Source of the DNA: Octopus vulgaris
Lineage: Eukaryota
Length of the DNA: 64,000 bases
Direction: 5' to 3'
Assembly: GCA_951406725.2 (NCBI GenBank)
Contig: OX597820.1
Span: forward strand, 93,558,001-93,622,000
Numbering within the stretch: the first letter of the stretch is position 1; the number at the start of each line of letters is the position of its first letter. Shown here piece by piece: positions 63,706 through 64,000 of this stretch. The position numbers were made by a program, and so were the translations under genes. The notes under the pieces are model-generated. The model saw only the letters and a program-made list of their open reading frames with translations, ran no database searches and was not told the origin of the DNA.

Positions 63706-64000
63706 CTGAAAATAGAAAAAATAACAAATATTAGATATCATTTAAAATATATATGTATGTGTGTGTGTATATATATATATGTATCATTTAACATCTGCCT
63801 TACATGCTGGCATGGGTGGGTGTATATACATATATATATAAATAAAGGTGAGCTGATGGAATTGTTAGCATGCTGGGCAAAATTCTCAGTGGCATTTTGG
63901 CCATCATTAGGTTTTCTGAGTTAAAATTCTACTGAGGTTGACTTTCTCTTTCATCTTTGCTGTACCAGTTGAGCAATGGGGTTGATGTAATTGGCTTGCT

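Overview
This is AT-rich, microsatellite-dense eukaryotic DNA. The SINE/LINE families, recognised from memory rather than by search, point to an octopod cephalopod. One protein-coding gene can be reconstructed on the minus strand: five exons (63546-63705, 52799-52934, 50737-50786, 45065-45130, 40219-40347) of an M6/GPM6/PLP-family tetraspan proteolipid. Its 5' exons lie beyond the window and its 3' UTR may extend to ~23.9 kb. A full-length 7SL (SRP) RNA at ~20990-21288 (-) is joined directly to the 3' tail of a tRNA-SINE. A retroposed 28S rRNA fragment with a 25-bp target duplication lies in an intron. The remainder is layered repeats: Tc1 and mariner elements, hAT MITEs, a Penelope RT/GIY-YIG relic, RTE and RLE-type LINEs, a solo LTR, at least three tRNA-SINE families, a 29-30 bp minisatellite and a 316-bp fold-back. 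The most notable unexplained signal is four unrelated short elements that each carry a minimal type-I hammerhead ribozyme. Three have Penelope-like inverted ends, and one appears to be a tRNA-headed (Pol III) SINE with a hammerhead tail. All calls come from reading the sequence by eye; no searches were run.
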